DNA of 64,000 bases, taken from Fistulifera solaris. Its lineage: Eukaryota. The notes under the pieces are model-generated. The model did not search any database and was not told the origin of the DNA. It saw only the letters and a list, made by a program, of their open reading frames with translations. This document shows positions 12,802-27,800 of the stretch, in pieces. The position numbers and the translations under genes were made by a program. The DNA lies in assembly GCA_030295235.1 (NCBI GenBank), contig AP026133.1:434001-498000 (forward strand), in the 5' to 3' direction. Each line of letters begins with the position of its first letter. Position 1 is the stretch's first letter.

Positions 12802-15800
12802 TTATGAATTTCCTTTCTGTAACTGAGCAAGCATCTCGAACCATTGTCGTAAGACATCTCCAAGGACCTCAGGCAGTGTTTGGATATCCTCGAGAAGGAT
12901 GTAGTAAGGAAAAGGGTAATCCTCCATGAAGTGTGTGACCTTCGGAGTCCCTTTCTCGAATGAGACCTCCTTCATGTTCAAAATGCTTTCTTTCTTATCT
13001 CCACCTTCAACGACAATCATCGCTAGCAAAATGTTCCGTTCCATCATCTCGCGAATAAGTCTTCGCAAAGCGTCTTTACTATCTCGTTCGATGCGCCCAT
13101 CGCTGATGAGGAATACAAGCTGCATGGATGCATTATCTCCCGGACTTTCTAACGCAGCAAGCGCACTCTCCACACAAAGTGCCGTTCGTGTTCTTTGCTG
13201 ATCAAACTGAAAGTTTTGAACAAGAGTTGCGCCGCTTTCTGTCGTAAAAGGCTGATGGAACGGGTGAACGAGCTTCATTTCCTCACCAAAGCTAGCAACG
13301 CCGACTTCTCCAACCTCAAGCTGACTCATTCCGGTGACGAGAGTAGCCAATGCTCTCAAAGCCATTTCTCCGGCACCTCCCTTCAACATGCTCTCCGAAT
13401 CGTCAACGGCGAGTAGAACACGATAATTTCGTTTCGCAGGTTTAGTCCTGCGTAGCCATATTTTGTCTTTCCTGTAACCGCTGGCGATGTAGCTAATTAC
13501 TCGCTTCATGTTGATCCGCTTTCCAGTTCTGTAATCGCCTCTTAACTTGGAAGCCACGAGTGGTTCCATGACGAGACGTAACTTCTCGCACAATCGTCTC
13601 GAAAGAGCATGAGTATCGCTCTGGATTTGTGACCAGCGGGCACGGGCCTCTGCAATTTGTTCCGTGTGGACAATCGTGTTGTGCTCGTCAACAATTATCT
13701 GTTTACGGCTCAGTGTTACTTGTGATTCATTCGAAACGTGCATGCGCGATAGGTCTGATACAACTATATTTGCTAAGCTTTCCTCCGTGTCGTCCATTTT
13801 GGTGCTCGAAACTGACTGATTCTCACTTTGGTCGTCTACGCTCTGAGTATCCATGTCGTCGGACACCTCGTCGGCATTTTGAGATTCATTGACCTGCGCT
13901 GGGTAGTCTTTGTGTGTACTATTCTTTTCTGGTTTGACTTGTTCGCTTCTTTCATGTTATTAACTTCGCTTTCTGTTTTTAAGGAAGGATCGTTTCCCTT
14001 CAACTCATTATTATCATCGAGTAACATTTCGTCGTTCTCCTCAACATTTCCAAGAGTTTGAGTAGTGTTCGCCTGGTCTTGACTAGCATGTTCAAAGTCT
14101 CCAGAATAATTCTTGTCATCAGACAAATCTTGTCCTGTTTCCATCTCTTCTTCCTTCTCGTGAGAATTGATGACATTAAGTTTCTTGAACCAAAATTTTG
14201 ATGCATCACCTGGGCTCTTCAACGGATTAGGGAATTCATCACCAAGGGATTGGTCTCTGTTTTCTCTCGAAGCTCCGCTGCTGTAATTTTGTCCCCTTTA
14301 CCGGAACCGTTACCACCATCATTCGGTGTATCATTTGCTTCGTTACCGGAGGCATCACCTTCGTTACTCTGGGGTGCGTCGTGTTCGCTATCTGATGCAC
14401 AGTTTTCATCAGGTTCGCCTTCTACTTGATCATTCCCGTCAGCGTTCCGCACCCCCAGACCAGATTGTGATTCTTTCTGCTGTTCATGATGCTGGAGATG
14501 ATCCTTGTTGTCTTGTGCATCGTCTGGTTGCGGCTCGTCCTCGTCATCTTCTCCCTTGTCCCCCACGGCCACACTAGATTCGACTTGAGATTCATCAACA
14601 CCCGTCGACCCATCAACACTTTTCTCCTCGGAATGGTCTGCTTCGTTTACGGTCTCGTCGTTCAAAGCCTCTTCATCGGTAGAACCCTGATTTTCTTCGA
14701 CATCGTCTTGATTGTCAAGCGAAAGTTGGTCTCCCATATCCATCTCCTCGTTCTCATCATCTTGGTCAACTTTGTGGTTGTCGTTTCCTCTGACATCAAT
14801 GCCGTGATTTTCCTCATAATTGTCCTCAACGTCGCAGTTGATATCGTTGGATTCGTCAGTATCCTGCTCCATTTCGACGCTTTTGTCGCGGGTTTCGTCC
14901 TTGCTCGGCGCCTCATCCTCCGCTTTTTTGTCTCTATCGTTATCGTCTCTGGTCATCATCTCATCGCTAGTGTTTTCACCTTTTACCGAACTGTTCTTCT
15001 CGAATTTTTCTTCACCTCGGTGGTCTTCTTCGTCACTATCACCCCAAAGTTTTTCATCGATGACATCATCATTTTCCCCATCACCATCTCCAAACTCTCT
15101 ATCGAGCTCCTCTTTTTGTCATCATCGTCTTGTGAGTCTCCGTGTTCTTCTTCCGGAACATCATACATTTCCCCTTCGAAGTCCCCTTCCATTTCCATCC
15201 CCTTTTCAGCTTCTTCTTTATCAAGTTGTTTCGATGACCCGTCTTTATTGTTTGAATCTTCGTTGGCATCATTCTTTAAGCCCAATAGTTGCTCTTCACT
15301 TTCGATTTGGTCTGTTACATCATTACGCCCTTCGCCTTCCCCCATACCCGTTCCATCGTGATCATCGGCAAAATTTCCTCCACCATCATTCATATCTTCG
15401 GCTGATCCATTGTCGTCGACTTTGTCCGAGCAAAATCCTTTTGCGACCAAAACACGAAATACTCGGAGTAAAATGTAGCTTAACTTGGAGCATTCTTTGT
15501 GAAACGACTCAATGGCCATGAAATACTCACCATAAACCTCCAGCGCATGAAAGCACAACACTCCAACGTCGTTCATTAGTCTGAAAGGAGTCCCCTCTCG
15601 TGAAGTGGAAGATCCTCTTCACTCTCAACAAGCTGAAAGGATTCAACGCATTCAACAAGAGACTGATGTAGGCGTTGTACCAAAGAATCGACTGATGTGC
15701 TGAGAAGATGTTGGTGTATGTTCAGTATCGTAACATGTTCGTATTCAAGCTCAGCCATTTCTTTTTTCTCTTTGACCAGGCTTTGGACTCCTAGCAGCAC

Positions 15801-18800
15801 CGAATTTGCTGTCGCTGAGGCAATTTCTTTCATTCGTTCAATTTTCGACTGGACGGGAGCAGAAGCCGATATCACAACAGAATTAACCTTTTGGTTTGAT
15901 ACTGTAAGAATTCATTCGCCAGTTTGAAAGCCCTTTCGCAAAGATTTCTGCACGGTTCAAACACCATCGACGGTAAACACACCAGATCTGAGGATTTTCT
16001 ACAAAGTCCATCGATTAAGACAGAGCAAGTCGCTAGAAACGCAGCAGAACGATTGACAAAATCCACGTGGGTGTCCGTGACTAGAAGAAACTGACCGCGT
16101 TTCAGCGGATTCTCGTGTTTTTCAATATAAGATTCAAGCTGGGCAATAGAATCTCGAGCCCAATTCGTGGCTTCTTCGCCTTCAAGGAGATTCATTGAGG
16201 ACAAAAGCACAAATTTGAGCTGTTTCATTGTTTCAAATAACGTATTCAGGGTTATGCTGAGTTTCCAGACCCGATCTCTTTGGTAGCTACTTTGATCAGC
16301 CTTATGGTTGAGTAAATCACAGGCACCATCCACGATCTTCCTCGTCTCATTTTCGAAGTGTTGTGTTCGAGCAATGATTGAGCGCTGCTGTAATAAAAGA
16401 AGCAAGCCATGATCTGTGATTGCTTGGACAACATCCAATTGATGTGAGGTTAAATGCTTACTACCGAAGACTGAAATTTCACCACGAAGGGAAGATATCT
16501 CGGCGACAGACCGTTGATAATACTGGTCAGCATCCCTAATCTCTGTCGAAGTCAGTTCTATAGAGGAAGACTGGAAGATTGCCTCTACTTCGCGCAATTC
16601 GGATGGCAACGACCACTTCGTCGATATATAGCCTTGCGCTTTCAATTCACGTAGAAGATCTGTCAAAGCCCGCTCTTTCATTGGTCTAGTCGAATTCTTG
16701 GATCGAAGTGACTCGATGCGATCAAAAATACATGTGGAAATATCCTTAGCTATGTCCTGGCCGAGAACAACGGTTGAGATATGACTGCCGGCCCTGAAGC
16801 CTGACATTTTCTGACACCAACGCTTCATTTTCGATGCGAGCTCGTATGTTCCCGGTTGTAACTCTATTTTCGAAGAATGCCGGGGTGAAACAGATGAATC
16901 GACCGGAGTCTGGTGTACGGAGAACGAGAAGAAATCATTCCTCAAAGGAATCGAATAACATGGGACATCATTTGAACCCGGTTCTCTGATACCCTGATTA
17001 AGTAGGGGTTCGATAAGGACACCTACAGAAGTAGAGAGCGCTTCGTCGTACTCTCTGCATATTTTCATCAGTGACCGATGGTTACGTTCGATAGACTCGG
17101 CTTGGGCATAATACGTTTTGTTGTCCCACTTCGCGAGGCTTACTTCCTTTTGAAGTTTTATTTCAATCGGTCTGCGAAGTTCCTTCATTTTTTGCAGTAA
17201 CAACCCTTCGAATTGACGGTAGTATCTGTAAAGAGATCTCAGTGACAAAGCTAAACTAAGGTGAGCTTCACTATGATTGCCACTTCGTACTTCTTCACCA
17301 ACCTGACAAGAGAAGCTTCGCAGCATTTCTAACCGGGTGGCAAATTCACCAAGGGGCGAAGACAGGCAGTAAGTGTCAAAGATTTTTAGAATCGCCGCAC
17401 ATTGTTCTGTAGTCGGTGGTAATGAATAACCAGAAGGGCCCTTCTTCGTAATCCATTCAGGGGTAAGACAATTAAATTCGCTGACACGGGGTTTGCTCTG
17501 GCTCTGGTTGCTCTTTTCTAAAACCGATACAATTGCTGAATGCAAGCGTAGCCAGTACCTTCTTGCATTGTATTCCATCTTCTCTTCGCGAGACGAAAGT
17601 AGACTCTGCCAGCTTGCAAGCTCAAGTTTCCTCCAATGTAGCACGAGTTGGCTGATTGCTACGAGGGCTTCACCTAGCTTCACTCGACTACTCGCATGTT
17701 GCTCCCAATCTTGTGAATGTTTCAATATTAGCTCGAGACCTCTCATTACTCTCCCCCATGGGGTTTTGTGCACGTCAGTTTTCCGAACACATTCTACCAC
17801 TCGTAACACCCCCATGAGAACGCTATTTCCCGGAAAAGTGGATAAAAGTTGAGACAGTCTTGCTCCTAAATCGCTTAGAGGTTTGGCGGCCCTGAGTACT
17901 TCACTCGGATTAGGATCTCTTGCGAAATCAACTGATTTTCTTATGAAATAGTTTGGCGCAGCTCTGAACGAAGATATTTCTGAAACAGAGGTCAGCGAGA
18001 TGGCCAAAGCAAATCCCGATATAGAGCCTAATGGCGTGACGCCAAAACTTTGACCGTCATCCTTTGTGTGCAGTCTTTTGGCTGCAGCAAAGGATATACC
18101 AAACGCCCTCGATCTATCGAAATCCGAAAGGACGGGAGAGCTGGGGTTAAAGAGCTGATCATGTAGAGAGGCTAAAAGTACTATGCGATCCTGGTCGAGG
18201 CATGCTGCGCGCGATTGTATTGTATCTTCCGTGGATGTTCCAACGTCAGATTCATCAAAGCCGTCGTCGCTGCTGTTATCCTGTAGAGCGTCTTGAAAAA
18301 ACATACGATGGTCTGGAAACTGCTCTCGATACTCTTCTTCTTCGCGGTCTTCCGTGATGTCTTTTTGGAGCGACATAAAATTTGCAGCATCTTCTCTCGA
18401 TCCTTCATTCAGCCGTCCCACAACAGTCAACCAACAGCTTAAGACGCCGTTATCTATTCCCGTCACAGCAGCATGAATTGAAAGTCTCGAAAGAATGCAA
18501 CAATAAATTTCCTCCAAACAGTGGGCGTCGTTATGGAAAGCCTTTTCGGTGTACCGGAGGACATCAACGAGATCATCGAGACGCGTCTCAAAAGGAAATT
18601 TGAGGCATGTGTCCATTGCACGTCGGAATAACTCCGCGTCATTCTCTTTTGAAGCAAGCTCATCAGCCAGAGTAGCGAATCCTTCCTGAATAAGTGCAAG
18701 CGATCCACAAAGTGGAATAACTACATCCTCGTATGCTTCGAACTTCGAAGAAAGCATCTTGGAAAATGCAGAACTTGTCGACTGAAAATGCGATATTTCC

Positions 18801-21800
18801 GATAGAAGTGTTTTTGGATCACCCGCCGAAGATGATTGGAATCCTTTTACTCTATTGACAAGAGCAACAGTCTTTGTTACATCAAGAATCGCATCTGAAA
18901 ATGCCTTCGTTTCTTTGTATAAAAATGAGAAGTCAGGCCGAGGACATGGTCGTCGGATGACTTTTTCCTCCCTCATGTTGTTCTCTAGACTGCAAGGCTT
19001 GGATTTCACTGAAAATTGACTGGCACTGTTCATCATTCGAAATTTTACCGTGAAGTAAAGCACTAGTAACCTGTCTTGCAAGAAAATGCGTTCGCAATTT
19101 GTCACGCCGAGATGCCAACAAAGAGATTTTATACATCGCTTTTTGCCCAGGATCAGCGGGAGAGTCCGGTATAGATAGCTGAAATCGCAGCAAGCCGCAC
19201 AGCACACGAGCATTCCCCAGCTCTTGTCGAAAGTGTGGAGATTGAGTATCCATACTCCAAATATTCCAAATGCTGTCCAGAAGAGGAGATACCACAGAAT
19301 TCACGAGCTTCACAAGACGTCCATTTGTGGATGATAAGCATATTGCTAAAATCTCTGTTTTCTTTGCTGCGTCAAAGGCATCTGTACACGCGAGAATTCT
19401 TGTGATGGTCGAGCTTTCGGTAGAAGCAAATGACTTTCGGAGAGCAAAAAGATATCTTGAGTCAAGAACAGTATCTCGTGTGGACGAGACGTGGAAGCAT
19501 GAAAGGAATTTGCTGCCAGCAAATGAAGAAGATTTATCCCCTGATTCTTTCTTACGCTTTGGTTTTCAATTGTCATAAAGGGACTCGTCGGCCTTTGCCC
19601 AGTGTTCCTTTCAAAGTAAGAAGCAAACATCGAAAAGCAATGTGACAAAAGTAGCGTTTTATCACCACTCACGGATCGTGAAAGACTCAATGCTTGAACA
19701 CTATCTTCTGATATCCCACTTTTGATAAGAGATGGAAGTTCAAGTGTTGGGAGAAAACGTCGCGACAGCTCTTTGCTACCCTCGAAAATCCTAGCAGATG
19801 CATTGTAGCACATAATTGAGAGCAATCCTCGAAGAACGTCATGTTTTAAATGAGCCTTTTTGACTCTATCAACCAGATCAAAGACTGGAATGGTTCTAAT
19901 TCACTGGGACACCACAATGAACCTTTCAGGGCGATGTTTATGAGTTGCCGAATCTGAGCCACCACGCCCTGAAGCAGCTCTTCAGCTTGCTCCTGGTTTT
20001 TCGTGTCCGTGACTATTTCTGCAACGAGACGAATGATATTGTACTCAAGAGCTTCGCAGCGCTCTTCCAACAATGGAGCTAGTTGCATGTAAGAGTACGT
20101 TTCCAACACCGATTCTGTAAAAAAATGATACCGATTTTTTGTGGAAACATAGTCGTCAGTCATGCTTTCAATATCCTTTATCTCGTAACCATATTCGCTC
20201 TCCGAAACCTGCGGATTGATGCACAGCGCGTCGTATACCTGATAAAACTCTCTCTCTCTCCTGGTTATCTCGTTGGATAATGTCTCAGTGATACTCCGCA
20301 GCGAGGCTTTCAAGCCCGAGACTGCTCCGTCTTCATTGAGATCATCAAGAAGCGATAGATGAAGAGTAGAAAACGCCGCTAACAACCGTCGTCTAAATTC
20401 TTGGTCAGTGAACAAGAGCATGTGCCTAATAGCGAGGAGCTTTTCGAGATTCAACAATTCGCTGGCATTGCGATCCACAGCAAGATTGGAGGCCAACCTT
20501 TTCAACCCTAAATACACATTCCAATCGTCCTCAATGCGGGGTACAAGAAACACTGTTGACCATTTGAGCGGAGATGACTGAGCGAGAGTTAAATCGTTAG
20601 TATCAAAAACAATTGTGTGAATCGTCCTGGTCAGCTTTTCTAGCATCATCCATCTGCGTTCGCCTCTGTCGACGGAAAGGGAAAATACGCTTTTTGTAAC
20701 CAACACCATTGCACAATGAATTCCCCAGTATCAAAGCAGATATGATCCTGCTTTCTCTGCTCTAGATAGACCGACGCCAGGAGAGACTGACGAAGCGCAT
20801 CTCGGTGCGAACGGAGCTCGAATAGGCAATATTTAGGCGTTGAATTATTTTGTTCCACATAATTGATCCATTCATCAAGTGCAAGGAAGTAAGGAACAAG
20901 ACAAGAAATCACGGAGCATCGAATTGAGCTTTGTCCAACATTCCCGTACGACACCAGGTACGACAGTTCAAGGACCGAGACCCCGACGAAGCTAGAACAC
21001 CTTGGTCGCTTCGTTTCCAAATCTTTCTCCCAAACATGCTCTTGAAATAAGTAAGGGACACGATGAATCAATCGCCAATCGATATATTCGTTGTAACTTT
21101 CGGAAACTGTTTTACGGTCGGTAAGAAAGCGATGAATCCATCTTGCTCCCCCTTCTCATTGTGGAAAAGATTTTTGACAAGTATAGTTTCCCTCGCCCCT
21201 CTGTCATCACGGACGACAAGATTAGTACAATAAGATGATCCCGTATGAAATCGGCACTCCCATCAACCACTAAGATACCCTGAAAACTAGTTTGCTGTTT
21301 TATCCAGTCAGTGGATGTTCGATCCTCCTGTAGATATGATTGTAAGACACGAGCACGCCATCTGATATCCCCGAGTTTGGGGTCGATAAGCCAATCGTCT
21401 CGAATATACAACACATCGACTAATGGCACAGAATCAGATAGCTGAAGACATCTAGAGTTTTCGTTTGACAAAAGACCCGCTTCACAAATTTCGCGGTAGG
21501 TGTTGAGCGATTGAAAACATAAACCTCGTCGGATCAAGGATAAGGCGACGGTCATGATTGGCCGCAAATGTGTCAACCCGCTTAGCGAGGAAAACGGTTT
21601 CGAAATACACGAAGACTTGGCTCCTTCCCCCCTTCTGAATATTCGTGGTGTCAATTTCTGTGTTCAGTTCTTTAGATGGAACGAACGAGATCTCAACACA
21701 ACGATTTCTCATTGCTCTAGACACCTCTCCGTAATTCGGATCACACGACAGAAAAACTCGAAAAGACGGATGGGCAAAGATTTCTCTCGCAGAGACATCC

Positions 21801-24800
21801 TGTTTGTCATGTCCTCCTTCAGCCAGAAACAAGCTGCCGCCTGGTTCCATGACCGGATTAAGACGATCCAGTACGGATGATGGGCAAACATTAGCATTCT
21901 TCAAATGCAACCAATAGCCATTTTTCATGGCTTCGACGAGCGGTCCATCTTTCCAAGTAAATGATCCCTCTTCACCACGCTGCTTTCCCAAAATGTACTT
22001 ATCAAAGAGTGATTTCACGCGCGAAAGAAAGCTAATGTCATCGGAAGAAAGAAGGCCCTGCTTTATCTCCTTCACTATTGCCAAAAGGTTCAGCGATTTT
22101 GTTACACTATTTTGTAACTCAACTTTGGACTGCTCGATAGAAGCTTTGAGATCGTGTATAAGTGAGCCTAAAGCACGAGACGTCTCGGCGTCGGCAATCA
22201 AAATGAGTAACCGCTCGCTCATGGAGAGGAGTGTAACTATCGACGAAACGACTTCTTCAGATGCATCAGCCTGTTCAAAAGTCCCAACAAGCTCAGAAAC
22301 GTCGGAGGAAGAAGAAAGAGCCACTTCTATTGTCCTAGCTCCAACCACATCAGCCAGCGCTCTGACCACCGATGTTTTACCAACAGTAGAATTCCCAACT
22401 AGTAAGCACGGCCAATTCATCATCACACACCGACTTGCTGCACGCAAGCTTTCACGTTGAGCAAAGAAAGGGATTGTATCATTGTAAAGTGGCTCTGTTT
22501 GTTCACAATCAATGGCTTTGTTTCGCTTTACAATGACGTCGTCAATACAGATATCACTAGTAGAAGTACGAAGCTCTGTCTTTGGCGCATGACCGATTTC
22601 CCCGAAATACTCTTTGCACAGTTGCCGTGCTGCTTCTCGGTCCGCCGAAACGCGGAAGCGTTGAATGTATAAATCACTCAACACAGCAAGCACATTCTCA
22701 CTTTTCTTGCCCATTACAGCCAAAAATCGAAAAATATCACGCAAATTGAACTCCCAAGGGCTCCCTGAAGTTCCCAGACGACCGCAGCATGTCTCTGAAT
22801 GGAGGCGGGTATTAAATCGGACAATTTGCTCCACAAAACGTCTATCTAAAGAGGCAAAACTCTCCAAACAAATTTCAACCATATCAGCCTCGGTAAGTTC
22901 GTCAACATAGACCTTGCTGAATCTATTTAAAAAAGATTTCGGCAGCCCTTTCCTGCCCCCCTCCTTGCCCAAGCGGGTTTTGAGCCGCAAATACACGAAA
23001 TGTAGGGGGGCACTCAAAGGTAGAACCCAGCTCTGGGATAAAGACACTTGCTCTGTGGTCCAAGCAGCTATTTAGGCCTTCAAGAACAGATTGTGGTGCG
23101 AGATTCAGCTCGTCAAGCAGAACCCAATCGCCGTTTTTTATTGCCGTCAATAAAGCACCATCTCGCCAACGAAATGAATGTTGAGAAGTTCCTGATCCGT
23201 TTTTCTCTACTACAGGGAGGTCAGTGCCCATTAAATCAGAAATGTCAGTCTGCTCCGAGAGATTAATCCGAGTCAGATGGTGACCAGAAGCAGAAGCAAG
23301 AGCAGCAATCAATGTTGTTTTTCCTACGCCAGGCGATCCTTCCAAAAGTATCGGCTTCGTGAGCTGCATGGCTCGTAGAACTCTCTGAATGTTAAGAGCT
23401 GGAGTCTGCGCTCTGAAAGAAAATGGAGGATCTATTACCACGTGCCCGCCTATGGGGATCTGAAACGGACCTGCTCCAAAATGACCATGAACGCATCGAA
23501 CAGGAGATGAAAGCGAATCCTCTAAGGTCGTATGTGACATGTAATCCTTAATTCGGCTTTCTGATAGCTGTTTGAGCTTCAAAATGTCGTCAAATGAAAT
23601 CCCCCCTGTACCAAGACCGAGTCCATCCAGATGCATCATTCTTGCGCCATGCAAAATAGCATCTCCAATGGGTATACAAGCTGATTTAGAGCAAGCTACT
23701 ATGAACTCAGTCCATGTAATCATGTCCCTGAGTGAGAGCGTAAAGGCCCTGTACTGACTTTGAGAATCTTCGCACACGTTTTTATTAAACCATTCGATGT
23801 ATTCCAATATTGGTGGCATTATTCGAGAAACAGAGGAAGAGTCTAGTGACATTGATAGTGACTGGCCAAGGACGAGCTCGATGTCTCTCATCTCGGAGAT
23901 GGGCGGAACCCATATTTCTGTGAATCGGCTTCTTAATGCTGGACTGAGTTCTCGCTTACCAAAATCACCACCAGGATTCATCGTAGCGAAGAGACGAAAT
24001 CGCTTATGACTCTTGATCACTAGATCTTCCGATGACGAGGAACCTTTTTTCTGCCAAAACCAGCGTACGGGCTGGTTCGAGAACAGAATTAAGCCGCTCA
24101 AGAACTGCGTCTTCAGCTAAGCTCATTTCATCCAGTAATATCATGTGACCTTCTTTCATAGCTTGAACCAACGAACCGTCAATCCATTCAAAGAGTGCGT
24201 GATGACGCTGAATAAGGAGTTCTAAATGACCTAGTTCGAAAGGTACATCGACTTCAGGGAAAGGAATTGCTGTGCTATCTGCGGAATTTAATTTTCGTCG
24301 TTTGGCGCTTATGTCTTGATCATCAAGGTGCTTTTCTTTTGCGCTTTTCAAAAAGCTTTTCGCGAACCGAACAATAGCCTCACCATCTTCCTCTGATAAA
24401 TGCACAGCATCATGTCGCTCCAACAGATTCCTTACATTCATGGGGACTTCGAGCGTCTGTGGTAACCAGGGCATCTTGCTTGTGAAAAGGAGATCGCGAA
24501 GACAGGTCAAGAGACTTTGCAGTACTGCTGAATGACCGCGCACGGGCCTAAGACCCCCAATAAGGTCTGAGATTTCGGTAGTTGCGTGACAGTTTACCAC
24601 GTCTAGCTTGTAGTCAAGAACTGATGCAAGATATTGTACAACGGTGGTCTTCCCGCAGCCAGTGTCTTGAACCAACAACGCGAAGCAGAATTTAAGCAGG
24701 ATAACTCATGATGAAGTAGGTCAATTGTATGCACTTACCTCCAACGAGCAAAACGGGTTCTTCATTCTTCATGCAGCGTAAAACTAAAGTCAAAAGTCTT

Positions 24801-27800
24801 AGCAGGGAACGAGTGGGCGCTATTCGGGTACCCCCGACATCGTTCTTCGCTCTTAATTGGTCAAGAAGAACCCTAGCCTCGGATAAATCCCCATAGTATG
24901 CCTCTTCAATGTTAACACAAACTCCTAGCTTCTCTTCGATTTCACTCTTCACGCATTCCTTCTCCTCCAGCGACCTCAAGCGCTCAGCAAGTAACATGTA
25001 TCCTTGTTGTGCAAGTTCAGACTTGGAAGAACAACCTCGTCCAGCCCAGCGAAGCAGATCACGAGGAGTAATTAAGCTGTCCCTGCCAAGAAATACACCG
25101 CTGCTCCCTCTTCGTTGACGCAAACCTTCCATCACGGCGACGAGTTGTTTTGCGTGAGATAGAGGAGCCGAACACCTAAGATGCAATATATTCACCATTT
25201 CATGGCTGGGTATGTCCGGAACAAACATCTCCACAAAACGGTTGCGAAATGCTCTTGACAAAGGCTTTCTTCCGCCATATGCTCCGCTTGGATTCTGAGT
25301 AGCAAATAAACGGAAACGCGGGTGCGCTTTCACGGTTTCGTTGATTTCCGAAAGATAAAGCTCCCTGTTATCGTCAAGAAGGCGATTCAGGGCTTCCAAA
25401 ATGTCACTAGGCGCTAGATTTAATTCATCCAGAATAACCCAATCACCTCTTCGTAAAGCCCGCACAAGAAGCCCATCCTGAAATGTTAAAGATCCATTTG
25501 CATCAGCGGTGAAACCACCCGTATACTCCTGGATATCAGTGTGCTCATGATTATTTATGCGCACGACTCGGTGACCGCATCTGGCAGCAATATATTCAAC
25601 AATTGTTGTCTTTCCCGCCGAGGTAGGTCCTTCTAGCAGGATGGGCCATGGGCCTGCGGCAATGGATGCTGTCAATCTACACAGATTTTTCTCAGTACTG
25701 GGAGTTAAAATGAATTTCGACCGCGGTTCAGGTATAGTCTCGCTGGACCAGTCAATCGGGTCAAGCGGGCCTTTCTCGATCCAGAACGGTTTGATCAGCA
25801 AGTACTCGGAACCTTCGTTACCACTTGGACGCCTCCCAGGATGTTGCATCTCTTTTGATCCAAGACCTTTTCCTAAATTTGACATTATGGCTTTCTTAAC
25901 AATTTTTGACGACTTTTCGTCAAGCACGCCCCGAAAAGCAAGTGTAAAACCTTCTACTAAGGCTCTTTGCAACGACAAATGTTGCTTAAGCACAAGACTT
26001 TTCGCAGCAGATAGCGCACGCGTCAGACTTCTCAGTGTATAGCGCGGTCGCTGACCATTACCATCAGCGAGCGAAGTCTGGGAAAGTGCACGGCATTCCA
26101 AGTATGTATCTACACAAGCAATGACTGATTCTACGTGATGAGGCTCTCTCTCGCTTGCCGGTAGAGCACCAATCAGGTATCGTCCCGCTACTTTTCTAAG
26201 TTCAAGTGGATCAATTAGCTCATCCACGTAAAGTTCAGTAAAACGCGATCGTACATTTGCGTTCAAATCTCTTTTCCCAGTATCTGTAGCTGGATTCATG
26301 GCCGCGAACAGTCGAAATTCGGGGTGTCGGGAAAGTGCGACGGAATCACCACGTTCTGTCAGCGTAATACTACTGTTGGAATCGTCTAAAAGCCCACACA
26401 GCCTCTGGAGAGTTTCCGACGAAGCTAAATTGATTTCATCAAGCAAGACCCATGAGCCGCATCGTATAGCATCCACTAAAGCACCTTCCGTAAACACAAA
26501 AGCAAAGCCAGAGTCGCACGCTAAACGTTGCTGCTCGAAACGATCAGCCATACTCTTAAATCGATTCCACGACTCATGAGAACTTTTATCGCTTGTTCCT
26601 TCTTTGTGCTTTTCTTCCAACTTTTCCAAACCTTGCGCTGCTGCACGGCGAAAGCACTGCGATAACTTCTTCCACTGCTTTTTTCTCAAGGCTGAAGTAG
26701 TAAAATCAAGAAAGCTAGCATTCTGTTTTCGTGAAAAAGTGAAAGTGAAGAGGTCTACAAAGTGTTGATGGACGAGCCGAGCCACGTGTTCGATCTCGAG
26801 AGGCCGAAAACCACCCAACAAATCAGTCGAATCAGTTTGAAGTGATAAGTTTTGAACGATCAACTCACGTCCGCAAAGGCTCGCCAGATGTTGCAATACT
26901 GTCGTTTTACCGCAACCAGTTTCTCCTACCAGTAGCGTGGGCTCATTTTGGCGGACGCAGACAGCAATCGATTCCATAAGACGTAACGAGTTTTGAGTTT
27001 GAGCAAAGGTAGCAGTCTCTTTGCGATTTAAAGCCTGGAAGTTAGAAATATGTATTCTGCATCTGCCCATCTCTGTAGCGTTCGGATGCAAAATAATCTC
27101 GGGCCCTCTGAGATTTACATAGCTTGTGGCGAGTTCCGCAGATATTCCCCACATCGGTGCAGCGATACTCCGTACGAAGTTAGCTCTTTCATGAGAGTCA
27201 GGACAGGCTGCTATAAAAACATCAAACGTTTCCCCCAGACAAAGAGTGCGTTGGCCTTCAGTGATATACTGCGCGTTGGCCTCAAATATAATAGTCTGCT
27301 TGATACGCGCCAGCAGTTTAAAAAGATCCCTGACACTTGGTGTGCGTCCGGACCATTTCAACATCTTACGGTCAAGCCCCTCCCCTTTCCGCCCACTTGG
27401 ATCCATGGAGCAAAATACTTTCAGAGCCGATTGAATGACGATATTTGGTAGCTCCGGATAAAGCCCAAAAGCGACCTCTTGGAGTTCATTCGAAGTAAGT
27501 GGGTCTACCTCCACCTTTGCCAATATGCTGGAAACATTACACGTCCTTTCCCTGCCTTATTTGTAAGCGTAGCGAAAAGCCGAAAGCGAGGATGACATCG
27601 CTCCAGTTGCCCATTTCCTAAAGGCAGCAAGCCGTCCTTAAGTAACTGAACTAACGAAGCCTGAATTTCGGAAGGAACCGTATCCAAATCTTCAAACAAC
27701 ACCCATCGACCCTCCCGTACAGCCCGTGTCAATGCCCCCGGACGCCATTCGAATTGCCCAGGAATATCAGTAGCAGTATAGGTTCCAATTAGTGTTTTTG

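Noticed and set aside
14219..15576. D/E-rich ORFs as separate acidic biomineralisation proteins
   Set aside because: They are the known acidic tail of midasin preceding the MIDAS domain.
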